The notes under the pieces are model-generated. The model ran no database searches, was not told the origin of the DNA, and was given only the letters and a program-made list of their open reading frames with translations. A stretch of DNA of 52,734 bases from the NCBI GenBank assembly GCA_027622665.1, contig JAQBYT010000030.1, positions 1 through 52,734 of the forward strand, written 5' to 3'. Positions 28,691 through 37,836 of this stretch are shown here, one piece after another; positions within the stretch are counted from its first letter, which is position 1; each line of letters begins with the position of its first letter. The translations under genes and the position numbers were made by a program. This DNA is from Verrucomicrobiota bacterium (GTDB lineage Bacteria; Verrucomicrobiota; Verrucomicrobiia; Opitutales; Seribacteraceae).

Positions 28691-31378
28691 ATGATTACCG
28701 CTCTGCAAAACCTGATTAGTGGAAAGTTGGGCAAGGTCTTGTTCTCCTTGCTGCTTCTCATCATCGTCGTTTCTTTCGTGCTGTACCTTTCTCAAGGCTC
28801 TTCGATCTTTGATCTTTTGCCCGATGAGTCTCGGAGTCGTCAAGTCTACTACGATCATGACCTGAACGACCCCGACGTTTACGGTACGTTGGAGGTGTCT
28901 CATCGAGTCGCGGCCGACCTTGGAGCGATCATCGTTCCTTCATCCAAGGTCATGGATGAGGCGGAAAGCCGGTTTTACCCCGATATCCCGCAACAGAATC
29001 AACGTGCTCTCATGAGCAGGTACATGGAAATGCAGAGCCGTCTCGGCGAGCTCCCCGAGGAATTCCGGCAACAGCTGCAGCAGTCCCTAACCTCCGAGTT
29101 TCAGCGCATAAACTATGTGATGAACAATTGGGCGTATTTGCCACGAGCTCAGAAAGCTCGTCTGATCGCCGAGCAAAACGCGGCCGATCGTGATTTCACC
29201 GAAGGTTCCTTCAAGGCGAAGGTGGCCCTCGAGCATTTGGCCGATCAATGGGGTCTGCTCCCTCCCGAGGCCCAAGGCTCAGATGTAAACAATGCCTATT
29301 TCCGTTTTTTGGTCAAGATCGACCCCCGTCTTGTAGACGATGCCAACCGTTCGCTCGCATTCGACAGTGTCAGTCGCAATCGCGGAGTCAGAAAAAGCGC
29401 AGTAGAAGGCATACTCTATTCCTACTTCCGAGCGGCCAAGGCGGAGGAGACCCTTGCTGCCGCAGGCTTTGCTCTTCGTGATGAAGCCCGCTGGGATATG
29501 TTCGGCGAAGAACTGTCTTGGGACATCGACGGACTTACCCTTTCCTCCGAGGACCTGGACCTGCTCGTTCCGCCTTTTGCTACCCTTACTCTTAAAGAGC
29601 AACCCAAGCCTAAGGACCGCTTGACTCTCCGTTCGGGCGGCAAAGTTCTCGATGTGGAGTTTCGCGAAAAGCACGTCGATTCGAATTCTACTTTAACGGA
29701 AGTTCTCCTTGGTGTGGCAGGCAACCTCACCGCTACCCGCGACAACCTTTTGGTAGCCATTAAAAAGTCAGAAATTGGCTTTAGCTCCGAAGCTGATGGC
29801 AATGCCAGCTTGGTCTTCACTTTGGATGAAGATCAACTGCCTTCCTCCATCCCGAGCATCACGACTCCCTCCTCCGCTCTTGTCGTTTCAGGTGATTTAT
29901 CCCTTCGGCTACAGGCCTTTCATGAAGAACGCAAAGAGGATTCTCTGTTTCAAGAACCTGTTCGCACCATCGCCACTGCCGTCACATTTGCAAGGAACGA
30001 TTATTTGCCACCCACTTCCGAACCAACCGAGGATCGACTCCGGCGCTACTTCGAGTCCAATAAGGCGGAGTTTCAACCACCACCACCGCCACCACCTGCC
30101 CCTGTCGTAAAGGAAGGCAACGCGACCAATGGACAGCCTGGTCCCGATGGCAAGGCGGGACCGAAGGGTGAAGCAAACGTTACTGCGGAAGCAAACGCTT
30201 CCTTCGTCGCCGATGCCAACTTGAACAACATCACTGCCGACACAAACGCCACGGCAGTCGCGTCCTCTCAAAGCAATGCTTCTCTTGCTCTGCTCGATGC
30301 CAATGCCACCTTTTTAGCTCCCGAGGTAACCTTCGAGGGAGTTCGGGCGGAGGTGCTACAACGAGTCAAGGAGGAGAATCGCTTGGATGCCGAACGCGAG
30401 GCCATGGAAATTGCGCGTGAAACCGCAATCGAGTTTCTCGACGAATTGACCGAACAAGGAAACCGTCTCAAAAGCAAATACAAGGCGTACCATCAGCTTC
30501 GCCAATCTCTCGAGGTTACGCAGCTTATCGAAGAAAAAGGTAGTTCCTTCCGGTCGATCTCCTTTACCGAAAAAGAAATGGCTTTCCAATCCCATGTCCT
30601 CGGGCTTGAGAAGAGACCATCTGAGAACCGATCCGGCAAACAACCCCTCGAAGAGGTTGTAGCCCTCAATGAACGTCGTTTCTTCACCCCGTCCGTTCGT
30701 AAGGCTCGAGACGGTTACGTCGTCTTCATTCTCGACGGGCATTCCGAAGCCGGTCCCGGCAAGTACGAGAATGCCTCCTTTCGTCTCCTCTATCGGGAGT
30801 ACGGGAAGGATGCTCGGGCTAAAGCTTTTTCCGAAGCTGCCGATAAATTGACGACCGCTTTGAAGTCCGCCGACGCCTCGGCTGCCGCCGCCTTGTCGAA
30901 AAAAGCTAGAATAATCTCCCTCAAGGCCAATAACTCCCAAAGCGTCACCGCTTCCTACGACGGTCGCACTCGCAGGTCGGACGCCAAGCAACGCAAGCTG
31001 GAAGGCGAGCGGGAAGACATCGTGAAGAAGGAGACGGACGATGAAAATGCAACCACTGTAGATACGGCTCGCAAAAAGGAAATCGATCTCCTCTTGGAAC
31101 AGCTTCGGGAAGAGCGGGGCGAACTTAATGCCGAGCGCAGCTTGGCTCAACAAGTCGTCGATAAGGCTTTAGACCTCGAAGTAGGTACAGGTTGGAAGGA
31201 ACTCGAAAGAACCGAAAGCCTCGTCACCTTCGCTCGCCTCAAGCGAGCCTACGTCAAGAAGCTGGAGCATTCCGACGCATCCGTTGACGACCGCCTCGAA
31301 GACCTGGAGTCCGCAAGAGCCGAAGAAGCACGCGACCGCATTATCGGCGATCTTATCGCCGCAGGCTCGAAAGAGTAA
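28691..31378 (+). CDS. PpiD/SurA-N-like membrane-anchored periplasmic chaperone with insertions
   Basis: N-terminal MIT.LQ plus TM helix (LLIIVVSFVL), PTE..L..YFE.NK.EF and FE.VR.EV motifs of PpiD-like proteins; contains a Pro/Asn/Ala-rich linker. Confidence 0.65.
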   Translation: MITALQNLISGKLGKVLFSLLLLIIVVSFVLYLSQGSSIFDLLPDESRSRQVYYDHDLNDPDVYGTLEVSHRVAADLGAIIVPSSKVMDEAESRFYPDIPQQNQRALMSRYMEMQSRLGELPEEFRQQLQQSLTSEFQRINYVMNNWAYLPRAQKARLIAEQNAADRDFTEGSFKAKVALEHLADQWGLLPPEAQGSDVNNAYFRFLVKIDPRLVDDANRSLAFDSVSRNRGVRKSAVEGILYSYFRAAKAEETLAAAGFALRDEARWDMFGEELSWDIDGLTLSSEDLDLLVPPFATLTLKEQPKPKDRLTLRSGGKVLDVEFREKHVDSNSTLTEVLLGVAGNLTATRDNLLVAIKKSEIGFSSEADGNASLVFTLDEDQLPSSIPSITTPSSALVVSGDLSLRLQAFHEERKEDSLFQEPVRTIATAVTFARNDYLPPTSEPTEDRLRRYFESNKAEFQPPPPPPPAPVVKEGNATNGQPGPDGKAGPKGEANVTAEANASFVADANLNNITADTNATAVASSQSNASLALLDANATFLAPEVTFEGVRAEVLQRVKEENRLDAEREAMEIARETAIEFLDELTEQGNRLKSKYKAYHQLRQSLEVTQLIEEKGSSFRSISFTEKEMAFQSHVLGLEKRPSENRSGKQPLEEVVALNERRFFTPSVRKARDGYVVFILDGHSEAGPGKYENASFRLLYREYGKDARAKAFSEAADKLTTALKSADASAAAALSKKARIISLKANNSQSVTASYDGRTRRSDAKQRKLEGEREDIVKKETDDENATTVDTARKKEIDLLLEQLREERGELNAERSLAQQVVDKALDLEVGTGWKELERTESLVTFARLKRAYVKKLEHSDASVDDRLEDLESARAEEARDRIIGDLIAAGSKE

Positions 31379-31404
31379 TCAGAATACGCGTAGCTGCCGG
31401 ATGA

Positions 31405-32163
31405 CTATGACTTCCGGTTATTCTCCCAGCCCAAGAAGTATTCGACGTTGCCTTCCGCTCCTCTGATTGGGGACTCGATTTCGGCGAAAAGTTGGGCGTC
31501 GGGAAGGTTTTCAGCGACGAAGTTTTTTACTTCTTCTAAAGTACGCGCGCGAACTTCCTCGTCTCGTATAACGCCTTTTCCTCGGTCCGCTTCCTCCTTG
31601 GTTGCTTCGAACTGCGGCTTGACGAGGGCGACGAGGTGTCCACCTTCGCTGAGACAGGCCCATGCTGCGGCGATGACTTTGCGAAGGGAGATGAAGGACA
31701 GGTCCATTACGATAATAGGGTATTGGTCTATAGGGAGATCGCCCGGTTGTAAGTTACGCAAATTCGTGCGCTCTATGTTGGTCACCCGTGTGTCTTGGCG
31801 AAGCTTGTAATGGAGCTGTCCGTGCCCCACGTCGAGGCAGGTTGCCGACTTTGCCCCCGCCTGCAGCAGGCAATCGGTGAAACCTCCCGTGGATGCCCCA
31901 AGGTCCAGAATGTCGACTCCCTCGATGGGTAGAGGAAATTCGTCGAGGAACCCACGCAGCTTTTCTCCACCTCGTCCCACATAGGGAGGAGGCGTTGCGA
32001 CTCTCACTTCGGCGTCTTCGGGCAGAAGGCGTCCGGGTTTATCCACCCGTTCGGTCCCGATCCAAACCTTCCCTCCTAGTATCAGGGCTTTGGCTTGGGT
32101 GCGGCTTTCGCATAGTCCTAGGTCAAGGATAAGTTCGTCGGCTCTTGTTCTTTTGATTTTCAC
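31405..32163 (-). CDS. tlyA: TlyA family rRNA 2'-O-methyltransferase
   Basis: S4 domain (RAD..L...GL.ESR..A), [34 protein letters not shown] and GAEGNVEY. Confidence 0.96.
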   Translation of the reverse strand: MKIKRTRADELILDLGLCESRTQAKALILGGKVWIGTERVDKPGRLLPEDAEVRVATPPPYVGRGGEKLRGFLDEFPLPIEGVDILDLGASTGGFTDCLLQAGAKSATCLDVGHGQLHYKLRQDTRVTNIERTNLRNLQPGDLPIDQYPIIVMDLSFISLRKVIAAAWACLSEGGHLVALVKPQFEATKEEADRGKGVIRDEEVRARTLEEVKNFVAENLPDAQLFAEIESPIRGAEGNVEYFLGWENNRKS

Positions 32164-32338
32164 TTATCCTTGATTGTTCTGATTTCCCCCACCTTTACAA
32201 GTCGTAGATGGCTTTCGTCACAGTTCCTCAATGGAAGAGCAAATTGTGCCGTTTGAGCAGTTCTCTGCAGCGAAGTGGGGAACACGGCTGAAATTACAAC
32301 AGCGGTACTGAATTTATTTATCCTGCTAAATTTATACA

Positions 32339-32351
32339 TAAGTTACTGATA
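32339..32351 (-). promoter_or_regulatory. Possible IHF-type site between the divergent tlyA and mraZ
   Basis: The reverse strand reads TATCAGTAACTTA, matching WATCARNNNNTTR, in AT-rich context. Confidence 0.3.
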
Positions 32352-32408
32352 ACAAGTGGCTAATGAAAACCGAGGAAGGATTGAAATGCAATTGTTTTGT
32401 GAAATCCC

Positions 32409-32473
32409 TTGACGGTAGTGGGGGAAGGTGTCACGAAATGGGGTGAAATGGAACACAGTGGATAGAAAGTGAA
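32409..32473 (+). promoter_or_regulatory. dcw promoter region with MraZ-binding direct repeats
   Basis: TTGACG at 32409. (G/A)TG repeats at an exact 10-nt period: GTGGG 32418, GTGTC 32428, ATGGG 32438, ATGGA 32448, GTGGA 32458, plus GTGAA at 32469. Confidence 0.75.
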
Positions 32474-32478
32474 ATCTC

Positions 32479-32925
32479 TTGGACAATTCAGGCGTCAGTT
32501 TTTTCGTTGGGGAATTCGTTCATTCAGTGGACGACAAAGGTCGTATCACCATTCCCTCGAAATGGCGTATCGAGGGCGGGGAAAATACTTATCTGGCACT
32601 CCCGAATCCGGGAGGCTACGTGACCGTTTATCCGCCAAAGATGGTTGCTCGACTGGAGGAGAAGGTGGCGGAGGCCAGCATGAGCGATACGAGAGCCCAA
32701 GCTCTCTTGATGGAACTTTTTTCAAAGGCTCATTCATTTGGTTGCGACAAGCAGGGGCGAATCAACTTAAACGACAAGTTGCTGAGCTATGCGGACATTC
32801 GCAAAAAAGCCGTTTTGGTCGGCAACTTTTCAGCCTTTGCCGTTTGGGGGGAGGACCGTTACACGGCTCGCGTTCAAGCTTCCGAACGAACGATTTTCGA
32901 TGCGATGAGGGACCTGGGATTATGA
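32479..32925 (+). CDS. mraZ: Division/cell wall cluster transcriptional repressor MraZ
   Basis: FVGEF.HSVDDKGRITIP and DKQGRI.L; first gene of the dcw cluster; TTG start. Confidence 0.95.
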   Translation: MDNSGVSFFVGEFVHSVDDKGRITIPSKWRIEGGENTYLALPNPGGYVTVYPPKMVARLEEKVAEASMSDTRAQALLMELFSKAHSFGCDKQGRINLNDKLLSYADIRKKAVLVGNFSAFAVWGEDRYTARVQASERTIFDAMRDLGL

Positions 32926-33135
32926 GATCCGCACTTTTTCATATACGACGGTTTTGGGGATTTCCGTCTTTGGAAGGGGAGTTTTGTGCGTTTCTTTCCC
33001 GGGTTCCTCGCGTCATCGATTCTTTTTTACATTGCCTTATTATGCCCCGTGCATGCTCCGCCCCACTTTTTACCCCCCAATTGGCGCCTGGAGGGCGCAT
33101 TCTGTAAGCATTCGAACCCTAATAACGGATATTAA

Positions 33136-34107
33136 ATGTTTTGCGGCACGGCTGAGTTCGTCTGCGCTCCTTCAACAGTGAGGCATATACCGGTACTTCT
33201 CGACGAGGCACTGGAGGCACTTGCCCCTGGTGTTGCAAAACGTTATTTGGATTGTACGTTCGGCGGCGGCGGTCACACACGTGCACTCCTTGAGTCTTCA
33301 AGTGATGCTGAAGTTGTCTCGCTCGATTGCGACCCCGACGCAGGAATAAGAGCCGAACCTCTGGCTGAAGAATACGGTGAGCGTTTTCGGTTTTGTGATT
33401 TGAGCTTTCAGCGTTTGGATGAGGAGAGTTCGGAAGGCGAGTTTGACGGCGTTCTCTTCGATCTGGGCATTTCGTCCTTCCAGTTAGCGGAAGCGGAAAA
33501 AGGTTTTTCATTCAGGCTCGATGCGCCTCTTGATATGCGTTTAAATCCACGTGTGGGGCAGAGTGCTGCAGATTTTTTGGAAACGGCTACTCGGGAAAGT
33601 CTTGTTAGAGCGGTTCGCGAATATGGCGAAGAGCGTCGCTGGAATCGGGTGGTCAATGCAATTTTAGATGCACGCGGCACGGGCCAACTGCAACGAACGG
33701 TTACTGCAGCTGAAGTGGTGTCTCGAGCCATTGGTGCCGCCGCTCGTAAGCCTCGCATGCATCCCGCGACAAAGACTTTTCAAGGTATTCGAATTGCGAT
33801 AAATGGCGAACTGGAAGCCATTGCCGTGGCGTTGCCGAAGGCGTTCCGGGCATTGAAGCCAGGCGGATTTCTAGTGTTGATCGCTTTTCACTCTCTTGAG
33901 GACCGTATCGTCAAGCGCTTCATGAGGAGAATGGCAGGTAGACCGGAGCATCGTCGTGATTCTCGTTCGATTCACGATCGTGTTGCCTACGCAAAACTCA
34001 CATCAACTAAGGCGGTGAAACCAACCGCTGAAGAGGTACAGCGCAATACGAGAAGTCGATCTGCTCGTATGCGAGTGCTCCAAAAGATTGCACAGCCTGA
34101 ACTCTGA
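33136..34107 (+). CDS. rsmH: 16S rRNA m4C1402 methyltransferase
   Basis: HIPVLL.E, DCTFGGGGH, DLGISSFQL, PLDMR, HPATKTFQ.IRIA.N.EL, FHSLEDR and N.RSRSA; the start may be GTG at 33178. Confidence 0.98.
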   Translation: MFCGTAEFVCAPSTVRHIPVLLDEALEALAPGVAKRYLDCTFGGGGHTRALLESSSDAEVVSLDCDPDAGIRAEPLAEEYGERFRFCDLSFQRLDEESSEGEFDGVLFDLGISSFQLAEAEKGFSFRLDAPLDMRLNPRVGQSAADFLETATRESLVRAVREYGEERRWNRVVNAILDARGTGQLQRTVTAAEVVSRAIGAAARKPRMHPATKTFQGIRIAINGELEAIAVALPKAFRALKPGGFLVLIAFHSLEDRIVKRFMRRMAGRPEHRRDSRSIHDRVAYAKLTSTKAVKPTAEEVQRNTRSRSARMRVLQKIAQPEL

Positions 34108-34481
34108 TGGTGAAGTCCAAGGATAGGCGTTTTACTCGTTTTGGTGCTGTGGTGAGTCTGCTTTCGCTTGCCGTATTTGGCTTATTCTCACTTGGCGTCG
34201 TGTGGTTGAGGATGGAAATATCTGAAGATGCATCCACTTGCGGTCGATTGGAGGATGAACGTGAAAAAGTTAACCGCAGATTAAGAGCACTACGTGGTCA
34301 AAGGTCAGCCTCCATGCGACCTACACGTTTGGCCGGATTGGTGAAAGGTAGGCTTTTGATGCCATCGGTTTCGAATCAATTTTATATTACCGGGGGAGAC
34401 ATGAAAAGACGACTCTCTCCAAATGATTCGTCGATAGCTTCACCACGATCAAAAACACTTGCCGGGAATTTCGTACAGTGA
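34107..34481 (+). CDS. ftsL: Cell division protein FtsL-like
   Basis: Small bitopic protein (TM helix plus coiled coil) between rsmH and ftsI; call rests mainly on position. Confidence 0.7.
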   Translation: MVKSKDRRFTRFGAVVSLLSLAVFGLFSLGVVWLRMEISEDASTCGRLEDEREKVNRRLRALRGQRSASMRPTRLAGLVKGRLLMPSVSNQFYITGGDMKRRLSPNDSSIASPRSKTLAGNFVQ

Positions 34482-36271
34482 GAAGCGCATTCCTGAGTCC
34501 AATTCGGTTTTATTTGGTCTTTGCTGCAATTACATGTGTCTTCTGTTCTCTAGCCGGTCGACTTGTCTACCTGCAGGTTGTGAAGGGCGACGCACTTAGA
34601 GACTCGGCTCAAAATGCCCGCCAAAACTTTTCAGTTCTTCTGGCCCGCCGTGGCGATATCGTAGACGCAAAGGGAAATTTATTCGCTACGACTCGTTCTG
34701 TAGTAGAAGTGGGAGTAGATCCACAAGCCGTTCAGGACGAAGATTATCCGAAAGTATCTAAGTTGGCTGAATTGTTGCAGGTTTCAGAACAAAAGATTCT
34801 CAAAGCATTTTCAAATAAAACTCGATCCGGAAAAGAATTTAGCGGGGAAGTTCGGCCGATTCGTTGGACTAAAATAGCCGATGATGTGGAGGAAGATCTT
34901 TACCGGCGATTGATGGAACTCGAAATCAATGGAGTGTATGGAAACTTTAAGCATTCGCGACTTTACCCGGGAAACAAACTTGCTTCTCACGTAATTGGTT
35001 TTGTGAACAAAGAAGGTATCCCGTCAATGGGTGTGGAGAAGACGATTGATTACTACCTAAGAGGTCAAGATGGATGGCGTGAGTGGGAGAGAGATGGTCG
35101 TCGTCGGGAACTGCTGCAATACCGCACGAGGGAAGTTCCGTCTGAAGATGGACTGAACGTTGAACTTAGTATCGATAGGATGATTCAGGACATGGTGGAA
35201 CGGGAGTTGGCTTCTGTTGTTGAAGAGTACAACCCGATAAGCGCTAGCATTATAGTGAGCGAACCATCTACGGGATATGTATTGGCCATGGCAAATGCAC
35301 CAGATTTCGATCCAAATAAATTTAACAATTATGAGATGGGAAATCTACGAAATCGCACCATGACCGACGTTTACGAGCCAGGTTCAGTATTTAAGATTGT
35401 AGCCGCAGGTGGAGCACTGAATGAAAACTTGGTTACGGGAGATAGTATGATCGATTGTTCAACTTCGATAACGATGCGTGGAAGTAGGAAGTATCGACTA
35501 CCTAGAGATGATCATCCTTTAGGTAAGATAAGCGTTGAGGAGGTAGTAGTCCTTTCCAGCAACAGGGGAGCCGCTCAACTCGGTATAATGCTTGGTGATC
35601 GTAGATTTTACGAGTATTGCAAGAGTTTTGGTTTCGGAGCCAGAACGGGTATCGGATTCAGGGGAGAACGTAGAGGTACGTTACATCCCCCCCAACGCTG
35701 GGATGGGTTAACTATTACTCGGATGCCAATGGGGCACGCCGTAAGCGTAACTCCAATGCAAATGCACTCGGCTATGTCAGCAGTGGCGAGTAATGGAATT
35801 TTGATGAAACCTCAGGTGGTCAGGAGGGTGTTTGATTCTGAAGGGAAAACAGTTGTGGAATTCAAGCCGAGAAGCATTCGAAGAGTGCTGAGATCGGAAG
35901 TGGCAAAAAACTTAACGGGTATGCTCGAAAAAGTTGTATCCGAGGGAACTGCTAAAAAAGCTAAAATCAAAGGGTACCTAGTAGCAGGAAAAACAGGGAC
36001 GACAAAAAAAATAATTGAAGGACAATACTCAAATCAACACCATGTTGCGTCATTCGTTGGATTCCTTCCCGCAAACGATCCTCGAATCGTGATTTCCGTG
36101 ATCGTTGATGAACCAAAGATGAAACCTGGTCGCATAGGTTATGGAGGCAGTGTGGCAGGTCCCGCTTTTCAACGAGTGGCAAAGGAGGTTATTGGCTATT
36201 TGGGCGTAAGACCAAATCAAACCGATGAAGAATTGGCCACAATGCAAAACAGAAGGGTGAGAGCCTTGTAG
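34478..36271 (+). CDS. ftsI: Peptidoglycan D,D-transpeptidase FtsI (PBP3)
   Basis: RRGDIVD, R.YP and G.EK; SxxK (EPGSVFK), SxN (SSN) and KTG (AGKTGT). Confidence 0.95.
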   Translation: MRSAFLSPIRFYLVFAAITCVFCSLAGRLVYLQVVKGDALRDSAQNARQNFSVLLARRGDIVDAKGNLFATTRSVVEVGVDPQAVQDEDYPKVSKLAELLQVSEQKILKAFSNKTRSGKEFSGEVRPIRWTKIADDVEEDLYRRLMELEINGVYGNFKHSRLYPGNKLASHVIGFVNKEGIPSMGVEKTIDYYLRGQDGWREWERDGRRRELLQYRTREVPSEDGLNVELSIDRMIQDMVERELASVVEEYNPISASIIVSEPSTGYVLAMANAPDFDPNKFNNYEMGNLRNRTMTDVYEPGSVFKIVAAGGALNENLVTGDSMIDCSTSITMRGSRKYRLPRDDHPLGKISVEEVVVLSSNRGAAQLGIMLGDRRFYEYCKSFGFGARTGIGFRGERRGTLHPPQRWDGLTITRMPMGHAVSVTPMQMHSAMSAVASNGILMKPQVVRRVFDSEGKTVVEFKPRSIRRVLRSEVAKNLTGMLEKVVSEGTAKKAKIKGYLVAGKTGTTKKIIEGQYSNQHHVASFVGFLPANDPRIVISVIVDEPKMKPGRIGYGGSVAGPAFQRVAKEVIGYLGVRPNQTDEELATMQNRRVRAL

Positions 36272-36297
36272 GATTTACAAGATAAACTGATCTTATC

Positions 36298-37836
36298 ATG
36301 AAAAGGGAAACTGACCAAATTACCGATTATGCTACTGACTTCCGCGAGCGAATGCGGAGGGGCATGCCATTGGGGCAACTTATGCCGGATACGGACTGCG
36401 ATTTGAGGGGTGATTCGAGTTGCCTGATTAGCGATCTGGTAACCGATAGCCGGCGAGTTTCTCAAGGATCTCTCTTTTTCGCATTCCCAGGTTCTCGAGT
36501 AGATGGAAACTCTCACATACAGGAAGCCGTTGATCGTGGCGCCGCAGGGATTGTAACCGGTCTGGATCATGTGGAGCATTCCGGGGTCGCTTCACTGCGT
36601 GTGTCCGACGCTCGAAAAGCGTTGGCTCGTTTTGCTCGTCGTTACCATGGCTGGCCGGATAAGAATTTACGTATTTCGGGAATAACTGGCACGAACGGAA
36701 AGACGACCGTCACTGCCTTGAGTCGCCATCTAATGGAGCGCCCCGGGCGTCCTGTTGGATTGGTCGGAACTGTTAAATATCATTTGGGAGACAGAGATAT
36801 TCCATCTTTTAAGACGACCCCGGAATCGGCCGATTTATATGCGATGTTGCGCAGTATGTTGGCGGCAGGTTGTTCGGAGGCAGTCATGGAAGTGAGTTCC
36901 CACGGCATTCATCAATCCCGCGTGAATGGATTATCGATAGAAGTGGCGGCCTTTCTGAATTTGAGCCGCGATCACCTCGATTACCACGGTACGATGGAGG
37001 AATATTTTTCTGAAAAAAGGAGAATTTTCAATGGTCACAACGGTTCGCTTCCGAAAGTGGCCGTTATTAATGGCGATTGTCCTTATGGAAAAAGACTGCT
37101 TGATGAGATTCCCACTCAAGTTCGAAGCATCACCTTTGGTGAAGGCTTCAATAGTGACTTTCGCGTCCGGGACATTTCATTGTCCCCCGAAGGTGCGGAA
37201 TTTGTTCTGGATTGTCCCGAGGGTTCCATAGTCACTCGAAGTTCGATGCTAGGTCGTTACAATGTAATGAACATCGCGGCAAGCCTGGCAATTGTTTACG
37301 CAATGGGCTTTTCTGTTTCAAAGGTCGTACACAAGGTGGGTACCTTTGACGGTGTCGATGGTCGGATGGAACCAATTGAGAGCGGCCAACCGTATAAGGT
37401 GTTGGTCGATTATGCCCATACCCCGGATGCGTTGCGCAATGCACTGGGTATGTTGCGTGAATTTACACAAGGAAAACTACATTTAGTTTTTGGTTGCGGA
37501 GGTGATCGAGATAGAGGCAAGAGAATGGAAATGACTCGAGTGGCTTCTGCAGGTGCGGACGAATCTTGGGCTACTTCCGACAATCCTCGGACTGAACCGC
37601 AGGATGACATTTTTCGCGACATGAGAAAAGGTCTTCCCAAGCGATCTAAGGTCAACTTTGTTGATGATCGTCGAAGGGCTATAAGCTTGGCACTGGATGC
37701 TTCGAATAAAGATGACTGCCTCCTGATTGCAGGTAAAGGACATGAAGCTTTTCAAGAGGTTCAGTACACATCGATCCCATTCGACGACCGTATTGTTGCC
37801 GATGAACTTTTAAATGCAAAATCGTTAAGATTCTAA
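36298..37836 (+). CDS. murE: UDP-MurNAc-tripeptide synthetase (meso-DAP-adding)
   Basis: GITGTNGKTT, TTPES, MEVSSH, VDYAHTPDAL, FGCGGDRD and the SDNPR DAP-specific motif. Confidence 0.97.
   Translation: MKRETDQITDYATDFRERMRRGMPLGQLMPDTDCDLRGDSSCLISDLVTDSRRVSQGSLFFAFPGSRVDGNSHIQEAVDRGAAGIVTGLDHVEHSGVASLRVSDARKALARFARRYHGWPDKNLRISGITGTNGKTTVTALSRHLMERPGRPVGLVGTVKYHLGDRDIPSFKTTPESADLYAMLRSMLAAGCSEAVMEVSSHGIHQSRVNGLSIEVAAFLNLSRDHLDYHGTMEEYFSEKRRIFNGHNGSLPKVAVINGDCPYGKRLLDEIPTQVRSITFGEGFNSDFRVRDISLSPEGAEFVLDCPEGSIVTRSSMLGRYNVMNIAASLAIVYAMGFSVSKVVHKVGTFDGVDGRMEPIESGQPYKVLVDYAHTPDALRNALGMLREFTQGKLHLVFGCGGDRDRGKRMEMTRVASAGADESWATSDNPRTEPQDDIFRDMRKGLPKRSKVNFVDDRRRAISLALDASNKDDCLLIAGKGHEAFQEVQYTSIPFDDRIVADELLNAKSLRF

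Noticed and set aside
32469..33107. 212-aa ORF overlapping mraZ
   Set aside because: It is an alternate frame of mraZ with no recognisable motifs.
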